Shown in pieces: positions 1 through 8,078 of a stretch of 18,691 bases of DNA (positions are counted from its first letter, which is position 1; each line of letters opens with the position of its first letter). Source of the DNA: an uncultured archaeon (lineage in GTDB: Archaea > Asgardarchaeota > Lokiarchaeia > Sigyniarchaeales > SOKP01); assembly GCA_964388035.1 (NCBI GenBank), contig CAYLZE010000102.1:1-18691 (forward strand), written 5' to 3'. Under the pieces are notes generated by a model that was not told the origin of the DNA, searched no databases, and saw only the letters and a list, made by a program, of their open reading frames with translations. Position numbers and translations under genes: made by a program.

Positions 1-202
1 GTACCCGAATAATAATGTGGATATATAAATGAAAATTTTTGGCTTTATAAAGCACTTTTAGACTTAAAAAAAACATTATTAATTCCCAACACGATTTATC
101 TCCTTTTATTTTATAGGAAAATGCAGTGATTGAATAAATAACGATTCAAAAACTTGCAAAAGTAATTAGATAAGATAAAAAAGTAAAGAAAAATAAAATG
201 AA

Positions 203-310
203 TCAAATAATAAAATGGAATATTAAACCATTTAAGATCATTATCCAGGAGATAATAAACAATGCCAAAAAACCTGATATGAGGGTAAAAATATATTTCG
301 TTATCTTCAT
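203..310 (-). CDS. Putative small hydrophobic membrane peptide (35 aa, MKITKYIFTLISGFLALFIISWIMILNGLIFHFII); may be the 5' part of a longer TGA-interrupted frame
   Basis: Manual translation: ATG at 310-308, TGA at 205-203. A full copy of the shared promoter motif (372-358) points at it. Below the ORF-track size cut-off. Confidence 0.35.
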   Translation of the reverse strand: MKITKYIFTLISGFLALFIISWIMILNGLIFHFII

Positions 311-357
311 CTTTTTAAGCCATCAAGCATGTTATTAACTTCTTTTGTCTTTCCCTG

Positions 358-372
358 TATATAAAGAAAAAA
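358..372 (-). promoter_or_regulatory. Shared pyrimidine-tract/TATA motif TTTTTTCTTTATATA
   Basis: Reverse complement of tatataaagaaaaaa; about 48 nt upstream of ATG 310. Confidence 0.5.
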
Positions 373-580
373 TTCCAATTGATCGAAATAAAATGCTATA
401 TTATTCCTAAAATGTATTTCAAATTAATTTTTTTTTTAATAGCTTTGGTATATAAACATAATATAAATCCTGAATTGGTGATTTAAAATTAAAAAATGTA
501 AGTATCGTTCTCGCTGTAATTTTTTTGACAAAAATGGAATGACTTGTAACAAATTACAAGGAGAAGGATGTGGTAAAAAA

Positions 581-685
581 ATGGAGCTTGATTATCATAA
601 ATTAAAGAAACAGAAAAATTGGAAAAATCCGAACAATTTATATTCAGATAGAAAAACAAGAGAAATTCTATTAGAATTCTCTTAA
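581..685 (+). CDS. Possible small protein (34 aa, MELDYHKLKKQKNWKNPNNLYSDRKTREILLEFS)
   Basis: Manual translation; purine-rich AAGGAGAAGGA upstream. No family recognised. Confidence 0.2.
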   Translation: MELDYHKLKKQKNWKNPNNLYSDRKTREILLEFS

Positions 686-762
686 TACTATACTTTTTTT
701 TAATATTTTCTCGTTATTTTCCTCATTCTTTAAAAAAGAACTTGTTTGCACACCATTATAGA

Positions 763-780
763 TTTTTTTCTTCAAATATA
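763..780 (+). promoter_or_regulatory. Variant of shared motif, TTTTTTTCTTCAAATATA
   Basis: One mismatch to consensus; ends 20 nt upstream of ATG 801. Confidence 0.35.
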
Positions 781-800
781 TACATTTATAACTGTTATTA

Positions 801-941
801 ATGAAAAAACAGAATCATGAGGAAAAAGAATTATTTAAAAATCTAACATGGTTAAAATTAGGTTTAATGAGTATTTATATTGAACCTGAAGAATTAAAAA
901 AGATTCTAAAGACAAAACAGGAAAGAAAAACAAAACATTGA
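801..941 (+). CDS. Small hypothetical protein (46 aa, MKKQNHEEKELFKNLTWLKLGLMSIYIEPEELKKILKTKQERKTKH)
   Basis: Manual translation ATG 801 to TGA 939-941. Protein-like composition; motif variant at leaderless spacing upstream. Confidence 0.4.
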   Translation: MKKQNHEEKELFKNLTWLKLGLMSIYIEPEELKKILKTKQERKTKH

Positions 942-1274
942 AATAACATTTTAAAACTAAATTTATTAGGATTTCTATTTTTTTTTTTTCTATTTTTTTT
1001 TTCTGCAGAATATCAATTATTTCATCTTTCATTTTAAATAAGAAAATGAGTAAGCTTCTCTATTTTTTTAAAATGTATTCTTTTTATTTCGGATTTTATC
1101 AATAGAAATTAGCATTTTGAAGTAGAGGAAATATGTCAGCTAGTTATAGATTTAAAGATTTTTACCTTTTTTTGATTCGATTAAATAAAATATAAGATAA
1201 TTCAAGTAGTACATTGTAAAACGTATAGTAATTTAATGGAAAATATTATAGTTAAAAAAAGCTGAAATAGTAAA

Positions 1275-2339
1275 TTAAACAAAATTTTTTCTAATCTTTA
1301 TTAATAGCCAAGAAGCAGTACCCGCTAATATTACTCCTAAAGAAATTCCTACTGGAGCGAGAATTTCTGCCGGAAGAGACATGTTCGCATATGGATCTCC
1401 AGCTGTTGTAGTATTTAAATCCTCGTCATTTTTCTTTCCACTACCACCCCCACCGCTCCCACCACCTCCAGCTCCGCCATCATCATCTTGAGCATTTGGC
1501 CCTGTATCTGTCTCGTTATTGGAGGGATTTGTGGAATTTCCAGGAATGACCTCGGTGATTTGATGGTCAGAAACTAACTCCATCGCTAAATTAAATGGTT
1601 GAAGTGTAGTTGATACATTATAACCAAAATTGTATGTTCCATTTATAGCCGTGCCAAAAAAAGTGCTTATTCGCACCCCTAGGTCTATCAGCTCCTTCTC
1701 ATTCATTAGAGTAAATAGCGTCTCACCCCCATCAGGAGCGCGTGCCCATAAATTAATGCATATTTCAAGAAATGGCCCCTCTGGAAATGACGAACCACGT
1801 AAGAAATAAAAATTGTACATGTAATCCGTATTTAAGGTGAAATTAAATTCTTCGGAATAGCCGTCAAAAATTTTTCTAACTCGGAAATTATCAGCATCTT
1901 GATTAATCATGCTCAAATCTCGGTTAATAGAGATATAAATATTTAAATTGACACTACAGGTCACGGTAAAAAAGAAATGATGGGTACCGTTGCGAGCGGC
2001 TAAATAAGGAAATTCCTTATAGGAACCAATATCGGAATCTCCATTAAATTGGGAATCAAATAATTCATACATATCACCATCAGTATCATTCATTTTCAAA
2101 TTTATGGAGCAAGTGTGAGGCGAGACAACTTCCATGTAAATACAATATGTTTCATTTTGGACGAGTGGTACGGCTCTAATTAATTGTTCACCTGGTGCAT
2201 GGAAAGTAAATACCTTATCCACCAGCAAATTCTCATCTGAAATACTTTTAGCTGGATGGGGAAGATTAGCCAGAAAAATCATGCATAGCATTATACAAAT
2301 GAGGATGCTCAAGATTCGACTTCTTTTTTTAGGTTTCAT
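1275..2339 (-). CDS. Type I membrane surface (glyco)protein: signal peptide, two tandem beta-rich domains, Asn/Thr/Gly-rich linker, C-terminal TM helix
   Basis: Basic N-terminus plus hydrophobic h-region; many N-x-S/T sequons; GGAGGGGSGGGGSG linker; TM ILAPVGISLGVILAGTASWLLI followed by KIRKNFV. Confidence 0.8.
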   Translation of the reverse strand: MKPKKRSRILSILICIMLCMIFLANLPHPAKSISDENLLVDKVFTFHAPGEQLIRAVPLVQNETYCIYMEVVSPHTCSINLKMNDTDGDMYELFDSQFNGDSDIGSYKEFPYLAARNGTHHFFFTVTCSVNLNIYISINRDLSMINQDADNFRVRKIFDGYSEEFNFTLNTDYMYNFYFLRGSSFPEGPFLEICINLWARAPDGGETLFTLMNEKELIDLGVRISTFFGTAINGTYNFGYNVSTTLQPFNLAMELVSDHQITEVIPGNSTNPSNNETDTGPNAQDDDGGAGGGGSGGGGSGKKNDEDLNTTTAGDPYANMSLPAEILAPVGISLGVILAGTASWLLIKIRKNFV

Positions 2340-2399
2340 GGTTAAAATTCTTCTATTTCTATTTAAATTAGGTATTTGATCATGGATCCCATCGAAATC

Positions 2400-2413
2400 A
2401 TTTAAAAGAAAAA
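2400..2413 (-). promoter_or_regulatory. Shared motif TTTTTCTTTTAAAT
   Basis: About 60 nt upstream of ATG 2339, correct orientation. Confidence 0.5.
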
Positions 2414-2518
2414 TTAATCAATCGAAAAAGGTATAAAAGAATTATTTACTTTCACGTTTCAAATTGATAAAATAAGCTTTTAAAAGTTATTTAAGTAACG
2501 AGTAAAAGCAATGAGGAT

Positions 2519-4477
2519 TTATAATTTTTCAAAGAAAATATTATCTTGAATTTCGAGCTGATAATGGTTGGCATCCTCCATGTAATAATCTATTTTGCTT
2601 TTTTGAAGTGAAGATAAAATAGAATCTCCATTTTCCACGGTGCCTTCTGCCAAATACTGTTCGAACAGTCCATTTTCAAATAATTTTCTTATTGCTGGAA
2701 TGCTTTCCTTGCTCAATATATCTTTTTTCTTAAAAGAAGGAGTTCTTTGATTATTTCGCACTTTTTTCCTGAGGTGAAAGATATTTATAATCCCAATAAG
2801 AATTGGCAGGGAATAAATGAGCAATACAAAACTTCCTATCCGAATGAAAGCAAATTCACTAATTATTGAAAATATCTGAAGCATCCACAGCATCACGCCC
2901 AACACTAATATTGGTATGGAAAGAATGAGGGCGAAATCCGAGAATTTTGAAGTAAAAGAAACATATTTTTTTCTTTTGATTCGGAATGTGTTCATCGCTA
3001 ATTTCTTTTGGACCATGGCTTTCTTTTCCAAATATGTTAATAGATATTGAAAATTTCCTTTCTTATCTTCCATCATCGCATTTTGAGACACCCGTATTAA
3101 ATAAGTATTATATGCGAAATTAAAAGGAAATAATAGCTCAGCATCTCCATGGTTTATTTCATAGTTAGTAAAAAATGCTGAGCAAATGTAAAAATTTACT
3201 TCCTTTTCTCCTGTTTTTAATGTCATATTTATGTTATCCTGAGTTACCTTTAAACCTAAGGCGTTAAAGAGAGATGCTAAGAATATTTTATCTTTATTCT
3301 GTAATCTGTCATGAAGCTGTTCTTGATATATTAAAATTTCCTTGAAATCATCTGTTCTATTTACTACATTTTCCAAATCGGCCTTTCTTTCGGCAATATT
3401 TGTAGAATTCTTTGTCACTATAAGTTGATTCCTTGGATTATCCGAATATTCCAAATTTATCACCATGAGTAGAATAATAGTCATTGTTTCATAAGGGATT
3501 TCTTTCCCATACAATAGTTGTATTCTTCCTCCTGAATCAACATCAACCATTAAATCGGCCTTTATTAATTTATAACCTTTTAATGGTAAGACCGTCTTGA
3601 ATTTCTCCAAATACTTTTTAAAATTTTCATTAGAAACATTTATGCTTAATTCATTTTGCTTATTGACTAAAGTTGAGTCTTGTTCAGAAAAATCGATTAT
3701 ACTTTTTGAGAGGGATTTAATCTTAAAAGGAAATTTCACAGGAATGAACTTTTTTTCCAAAAACGATTTAATCCTAACATTTCGACTATTTTGACGTAGA
3801 TTTCCTTCAAGAGGAGCAGGAGTATCGGGAGATTCCGTAATTTTATCTATAGATTTTTGATTTCTTTTATTAATTTTTAATTTGTTTTTAGTGTTAATAT
3901 TATTCATATCCGAAGTAGATATATTATTCTCTAAGTTTCTTTCATTTAAGTCGTGATTTATAATTAAAGGAGATGAGTTTTCAATATCTTGCTTTTTCGA
4001 GGCGAGCAAGTGATCTCTCTTTGGCGATGGGTTTAGTATATTCTCAGATTCATCTAAAAAATTTGAGATGACATTCTTAGTATATTCATCTTCTACTCGA
4101 TCAACAAATCTACTTGACTCTTGAAAATTTGCGGTAGAATCTGATGGAATAGGGTTTTTATTTACTTTTTTTTGATCATCCAAGGAATCCCATAAATCGA
4201 AAGCAGGTAACTGTTTTATTTTTTTTTTAGAACTAAACTCTGGCTTTTCTTTCTTCTTTTTTATTTTTGAATCGTCAAATGCTTTTTTGGCAGATTGAAG
4301 TAATATTTCAGCTCTTTTTAGCCCTATTCCAGGAATTTTTACCAAAACATCTACAGTAGAGAAAGCTAAATCTTCAATAGTTACTATTCCAGAATTTAAT
4401 AATGTCTGGGCGGTCTTTAAGCCAACATTAGGAAGATCAATTAACTCCAGATTTTTCTTATTTTTTTTTCCTTGCAT
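2519..4477 (-). CDS. Helix-hairpin-helix (HhH_5 / RadA N-terminal-domain-like) protein with long low-complexity linker and two C-terminal TM helices
   Basis: LIDLPNVGLKTAQTLLNSGIVTIEDLA...LVKIPGIGLKRAEILLQSAK is a tandem HhH. Hydrophobic segments FALILSIPILVLGVMLWMLQIF and IGSFVLLIYSLPILIGIINIF. Confidence 0.8.
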   Translation of the reverse strand: MQGKKNKKNLELIDLPNVGLKTAQTLLNSGIVTIEDLAFSTVDVLVKIPGIGLKRAEILLQSAKKAFDDSKIKKKKEKPEFSSKKKIKQLPAFDLWDSLDDQKKVNKNPIPSDSTANFQESSRFVDRVEDEYTKNVISNFLDESENILNPSPKRDHLLASKKQDIENSSPLIINHDLNERNLENNISTSDMNNINTKNKLKINKRNQKSIDKITESPDTPAPLEGNLRQNSRNVRIKSFLEKKFIPVKFPFKIKSLSKSIIDFSEQDSTLVNKQNELSINVSNENFKKYLEKFKTVLPLKGYKLIKADLMVDVDSGGRIQLLYGKEIPYETMTIILLMVINLEYSDNPRNQLIVTKNSTNIAERKADLENVVNRTDDFKEILIYQEQLHDRLQNKDKIFLASLFNALGLKVTQDNINMTLKTGEKEVNFYICSAFFTNYEINHGDAELLFPFNFAYNTYLIRVSQNAMMEDKKGNFQYLLTYLEKKAMVQKKLAMNTFRIKRKKYVSFTSKFSDFALILSIPILVLGVMLWMLQIFSIISEFAFIRIGSFVLLIYSLPILIGIINIFHLRKKVRNNQRTPSFKKKDILSKESIPAIRKLFENGLFEQYLAEGTVENGDSILSSLQKSKIDYYMEDANHYQLEIQDNIFFEKL

Positions 4478-4508
4478 TGATATGTCAAATTTTACTTTTC
4501 TTGATTTA

Positions 4509-4522
4509 ATATAAAGAAAAAA
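4509..4522 (-). promoter_or_regulatory. Shared motif TTTTTTCTTTATAT
   Basis: About 31 nt upstream of ATG 4477; back-to-back with the copy at 4551. Confidence 0.6.
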
Positions 4523-4550
4523 GTTCTAGCTTGCTGTTTCATGAAATAAA

Positions 4551-4565
4551 TTTTTTCTTTAAATA
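4551..4565 (+). promoter_or_regulatory. Shared motif TTTTTTCTTTAAATA
   Basis: 57 nt upstream of ATG 4623. Confidence 0.6.
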
Positions 4566-4622
4566 GAGCTCATTGAAATATAATTAAGATCCCAGAATTT
4601 TATTAACTATTTATACTGAATC

Positions 4623-4889
4623 ATGCAAATGGCTTTCGAAAAGAATTTTCAAGAAGAAGAACCTGTAGAGCTGAATAAGAAGGATCCTAAGGAATTTCCT
4701 ATTATAAAATTTGAAAAGAAATTTTTTCAAGGGGCTCTCAATGAGGAATTTGAAAGGGTTTTTATTTTACACCTATTCATTAAACATAATAAAGAACTTA
4801 ATTTAGAAGAAAAACAGGAATTATGCGCTCGCCAAAGAGAGTACATGAAGTCTTTATTAAGTAAGTTCCTTTCAACTCAAGATCCTTAG
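4623..4889 (+). CDS. Small hypothetical protein (88 aa, helical, charged)
   Basis: Fills the intergenic gap, has its own promoter motif, and its stop abuts the convergent gene's stop (4889/4890). Confidence 0.65.
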   Translation: MQMAFEKNFQEEEPVELNKKDPKEFPIIKFEKKFFQGALNEEFERVFILHLFIKHNKELNLEEKQELCARQREYMKSLLSKFLSTQDP

Positions 4890-5429
4890 TCATTCCCTTG
4901 AAATTGTCTTGAAATGTAAAGAATATTGGTTATTATTGCTGGCTTCGATAATATTTTCTTTAAGTAATCGAGCAATCCATTCTTTAACTGTTAAAGTATC
5001 AAATTTTTCGCATATCATTTCAATAGAATATGCAGGAACCACATTAAAGGATTGAAAATGCAAGAAAATCTCTTTCTTTAGCTTAGAGTAATTTAAATCT
5101 TGTTCATTTTCGGTATTATTTTCAATTTTAAATGATAGAAAGGAGGACGATTTTTTTTGATACTGTCCCTTTGCCTTCAAGTCGGGATTTCCTCCCAATT
5201 GACTAATTGCTATTTGGTTCTGTCTTTTCTTTATCTCAAGAACTGCATTCGACATTCCATAAACCACAGATTCTTTTCTCACAGTAATTGTTTTAGAAAG
5301 AATTTTTGCTCCACACCGAGTACAAGTCTTGCTTTTATTTCCCTTTTTTAAATATAAAAAACCATTGCATCTCGGACAACTAAAAACATAATAAGGGGTG
5401 GTATCTTTAGTCCACCTTTTTTCTGTCAT
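4890..5429 (-). CDS. Zn-ribbon (DUF1922-like) protein with probable C-terminal winged helix
   Basis: YYVFSCPRCNGFLY...KSKTCTRCG four-Cys ribbon; C-terminal WIARLLKENIIEASNNNQYSL wHTH-like wing; ATGA overlap with the upstream gene. Confidence 0.75.
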   Translation of the reverse strand: MTEKRWTKDTTPYYVFSCPRCNGFLYLKKGNKSKTCTRCGAKILSKTITVRKESVVYGMSNAVLEIKKRQNQIAISQLGGNPDLKAKGQYQKKSSSFLSFKIENNTENEQDLNYSKLKKEIFLHFQSFNVVPAYSIEMICEKFDTLTVKEWIARLLKENIIEASNNNQYSLHFKTISRE

Positions 5430-6022
5430 GAAATTTGAACCTCAGTATCGCGAATTTTTAATATGGTAAGATTTTGATTAACTTTTTTATAAGAGAGCAA
5501 TTTTTGCCCCAATTCTAAGGCGAACTCGGAGGGATAATAGAGATCGTTGCCGTTTTTAAAGAATAAATAGGGATGGTTTGAAAATAATTGACATATTTTT
5601 TTATTTGCATCTTTTGAGGTTAGATCAAAGCCCACCCCTCTTCTAACTTGTTTAAATGAATAAACTACATCGTTTAATATGCAAGCTTCCTCTCTACATA
5701 TCTTGACTTTCTCAGGAACAAGGGCGGATGCTTCTCTAGTCTTTGGAGCTCTTTTCGTGGTCAAGACGAAATATTTAATAGCTCCTTGTTCTTTGATGTT
5801 AAGTTCATACCCCTCCAAGCATTCATATAAATATTGAAATTGAAGAACAAGTTCGATAATTTTTTCGATAATATTTGGAGGAAGTTCAAGGGCTTCTGCT
5901 AATTTGCTAAAATTCAATTTTTCTTGTTCATGGTCTTCAAATTTCGCCAAGGTCTCAATAATTTGATGCAGTTTAGTTAACACAGTTCCAAAGGAATTTC
6001 GAATTTGTTCTTGATCAGACAT
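5426..6022 (-). CDS. Hypothetical protein, probably one or two winged-helix domains
   Basis: KLNFSKLAEALELPPNIIEKIIEL is HTH-like; HPYLFFKNGNDLYYPSEFALEL is wing-like. Translationally coupled to 4890..5429. Confidence 0.7.
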   Translation of the reverse strand: MSDQEQIRNSFGTVLTKLHQIIETLAKFEDHEQEKLNFSKLAEALELPPNIIEKIIELVLQFQYLYECLEGYELNIKEQGAIKYFVLTTKRAPKTREASALVPEKVKICREEACILNDVVYSFKQVRRGVGFDLTSKDANKKICQLFSNHPYLFFKNGNDLYYPSEFALELGQKLLSYKKVNQNLTILKIRDTEVQIS

Positions 6023-6044
6023 GGAATAATCTATAAAAAGAAAT

Positions 6045-6060
6045 TATATAAAGAAAAAAA
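6045..6060 (-). promoter_or_regulatory. Shared motif TTTTTTTCTTTATATA
   Basis: 22 nt upstream of ATG 6022, which fits a leaderless transcript. Confidence 0.65.
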
Positions 6061-6245
6061 TTCATATAATAATCGTAAATTATAGCCTCGATAAATTCCC
6101 TACTTATTCAAATTTTATTCTTTGTAATAATTGAGATTAAATCCAAGATGTTAATCAAATTTAAAAATCGTAGCTCATTCTAATAAAGAGTAGCATCAAA
6201 ATAAAGAAGAAGAAGAATAAAAAAAGATAAAGTTTCAAAATAGAA

Positions 6246-6268
6246 GCGATATCAAATTTAAATATCGC
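6246..6268. repeat. Short inverted repeat GCGATAT-N9-ATATCGC downstream of the TFB paralogue (hairpin/terminator or binding site)
   Basis: Perfect 7-bp arms; on the minus strand it is followed by T-rich tracts. Confidence 0.35.
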
Positions 6269-6295
6269 ATTATTTTGACATGAGAGCACCTTATT

Positions 6296-7603
6296 TTAGG
6301 TGCATAAAATATGTGGAGGACCCGGAGGTCCTTTACCTGAAAAACTATAGATATTAAAATTATAATTAGGATTTGGTTCACTTCTTAATATCTTCGAACC
6401 TAGTTTCGAAGAATGAAAAATTTTTCTTTTTGGAGGGATAATTTCTGCAACAATTAAGGTCTCAAAAACAGAGAATATTATCAAGTGATTAGCAAAATCA
6501 GGCATACTTATTTCGTTTTTACTCTCTAATAGCCTTAATTTTGGAGTTATCTGAACCATGTTAGGATTCACATTTAAACTCATGCATTCTGCTTCTTGAA
6601 GAGCTGCATCTTCCTTGTTCTCTTCCGATTCTAACTTTTCAGAGGGATTTTCAATTATTCCCAATTTATCAAGGATTTGCGTGATGAGTTGAGAAGATGC
6701 TACCAAGCTGGTGAAGCCAGGCACGTTAAATTTCTCAATTATATTCTTTTTTACTTGCCCTTGAACGGTGGACATTCGAATGCCCACTTTATCACAGATC
6801 TGTGCTACACTTATTTTCTGTTTATAGTCAGGAGTGAGCACGATAACGCTGCAAGCAAGACCAGCGATGACTTCTTCCTTAGTGTTTTTGATAACTTCCC
6901 ATAAACGTTCCATGAAGGCAACTGCTTTATGATAAAATTCCATTCCCAAACCAAATTCTTTCACGGCATTCATTATTTTTTGCCGGCAATACATTTTTTT
7001 ATCCCTGAAGGCGCTGGACAATTCTTTTTCATGCCGAATAACTGTGAGAAGTGCCCCTTTCGACTCTTCTTTAGATAACTTGGAGTTCTCTAATAATTTG
7101 GTAAGGTTAATGGAGATCCCTTTTGATTTGCAAAAAACATAAATTACCGCGGGGACTAATTTTTCCATGTTTCTAAATTTCGTTCCTTTATCTAACTTAT
7201 TCCAAATTACTTTCACGGTCTTTAGAATTTCCAAATTTCGGGAAAAATTATGATATCCTAAGGTTTCCATTAAGCGCGAGATTTCTTGACGAGCCATCTC
7301 ATAGGAATTCTCCTCATTGGTTTTTGCAGTAATGTTTTGTAACTTATTTAATCGAATTATTTGGGGGGATCGAGAGGATCTCAGGCGCTCATGTTTAAAT
7401 CCTATTTGTGTTGTTTGTAACGGGGCGTTTTGTATCTTAACCTCATTATATGGCCGATGGTATTCTAACTTGGGAACTTCTAATACGATGCCGCAATTCC
7501 CGCATACATAACCCTGACTAGTTTCAATTATATTTGTGGATTTGCATGCATCACATGCTAATGTTTCTATTGGATCAAAATTTTTTTCAGTTTGGGAAGC
7601 CAT
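6296..7603 (-). CDS. tfb: Divergent transcription initiation factor IIB (TFB) paralogue with C-terminal extension, 435 aa
   Basis: Zn ribbon CDACKSTNIIETSQGYVCGNCG; two cyclin repeats (LVPAVIYVFCK; VIAGLACSVIV...SVAQICDKVGIRMSTVQ). Start moved from 7729 to ATG 7603 because a BRE-TATA lies at 7677-7663. Confidence 0.88.
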   Translation of the reverse strand: MASQTEKNFDPIETLACDACKSTNIIETSQGYVCGNCGIVLEVPKLEYHRPYNEVKIQNAPLQTTQIGFKHERLRSSRSPQIIRLNKLQNITAKTNEENSYEMARQEISRLMETLGYHNFSRNLEILKTVKVIWNKLDKGTKFRNMEKLVPAVIYVFCKSKGISINLTKLLENSKLSKEESKGALLTVIRHEKELSSAFRDKKMYCRQKIMNAVKEFGLGMEFYHKAVAFMERLWEVIKNTKEEVIAGLACSVIVLTPDYKQKISVAQICDKVGIRMSTVQGQVKKNIIEKFNVPGFTSLVASSQLITQILDKLGIIENPSEKLESEENKEDAALQEAECMSLNVNPNMVQITPKLRLLESKNEISMPDFANHLIIFSVFETLIVAEIIPPKRKIFHSSKLGSKILRSEPNPNYNFNIYSFSGKGPPGPPHILCT

Positions 7604-7662
7604 TTTTTTATCACAACTTTTTTTTCTAATTTTTCTAAGATCTATATGGGGGGGAGTGTGCC

Positions 7663-7677
7663 TTTTAAACTTTTCGG
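7663..7677 (-). promoter_or_regulatory. Canonical archaeal BRE-TATA promoter CCGAAAAG-TTTAAAA
   Basis: Purine-rich BRE directly before TTTAAA, about 60 nt upstream of ATG 7603. Confidence 0.6.
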
Positions 7678-8043
7678 TTTTGATATAATTTTCAGAATAA
7701 ATTATAATTATTAAACAAGTAGATACCATTCTTCAGAGAATACTGAACAATGTATTGGACAAAAAGGTCGAATGAAATTTCGTGGATCACTTTTCATCTT
7801 CACCCAAATATTAAAGTTCATTTAATAAAAAGAGAGTTTAAATACGTAATGGATATTAATTTTTAGAATAGTTATATATTCTTAAAAATCCCCCATTTTT
7901 AAAATGAGTTAATAATCTAGACGTTCAAGATCAAGAAATACTAAATGGGACTTAGAAGGGCTCTAAATGGCTTATAATCAAGTGCATGTATGTTTTTAAT
8001 AATTGATTGATCATTTTTCATCATAGAATCATAAAAATATCAC

Positions 8044-8057
8044 TTTTTTTTTAAATA
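8044..8057 (+). promoter_or_regulatory. Variant of shared motif (T9-AAATA, no C)
   Basis: 21 nt upstream of ATG 8079 (leaderless spacing). Confidence 0.5.
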
Positions 8058-8078
8058 CTCCTGATCATACGAAATTGC

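Noticed and set aside
835-1032. 65-aa minus-strand ORF
   Set aside because: Built from poly-A/T tracts and overlaps the more plausible 801..941 ORF.
1436-1480. C-rich low-complexity tract
   Set aside because: Explained by the Gly-rich linker of the surface protein.
7604-7729. N-terminal extension of the TFB ORF
   Set aside because: Contains the BRE-TATA, and the Zn ribbon fits a start at 7603.
7827-7845. Purine-rich BRE/TATA-like AAAAAGAGAGTTTAAATAC
   Set aside because: More than 230 nt from the next start, with no supported ORF or RNA downstream; cannot be distinguished from chance.
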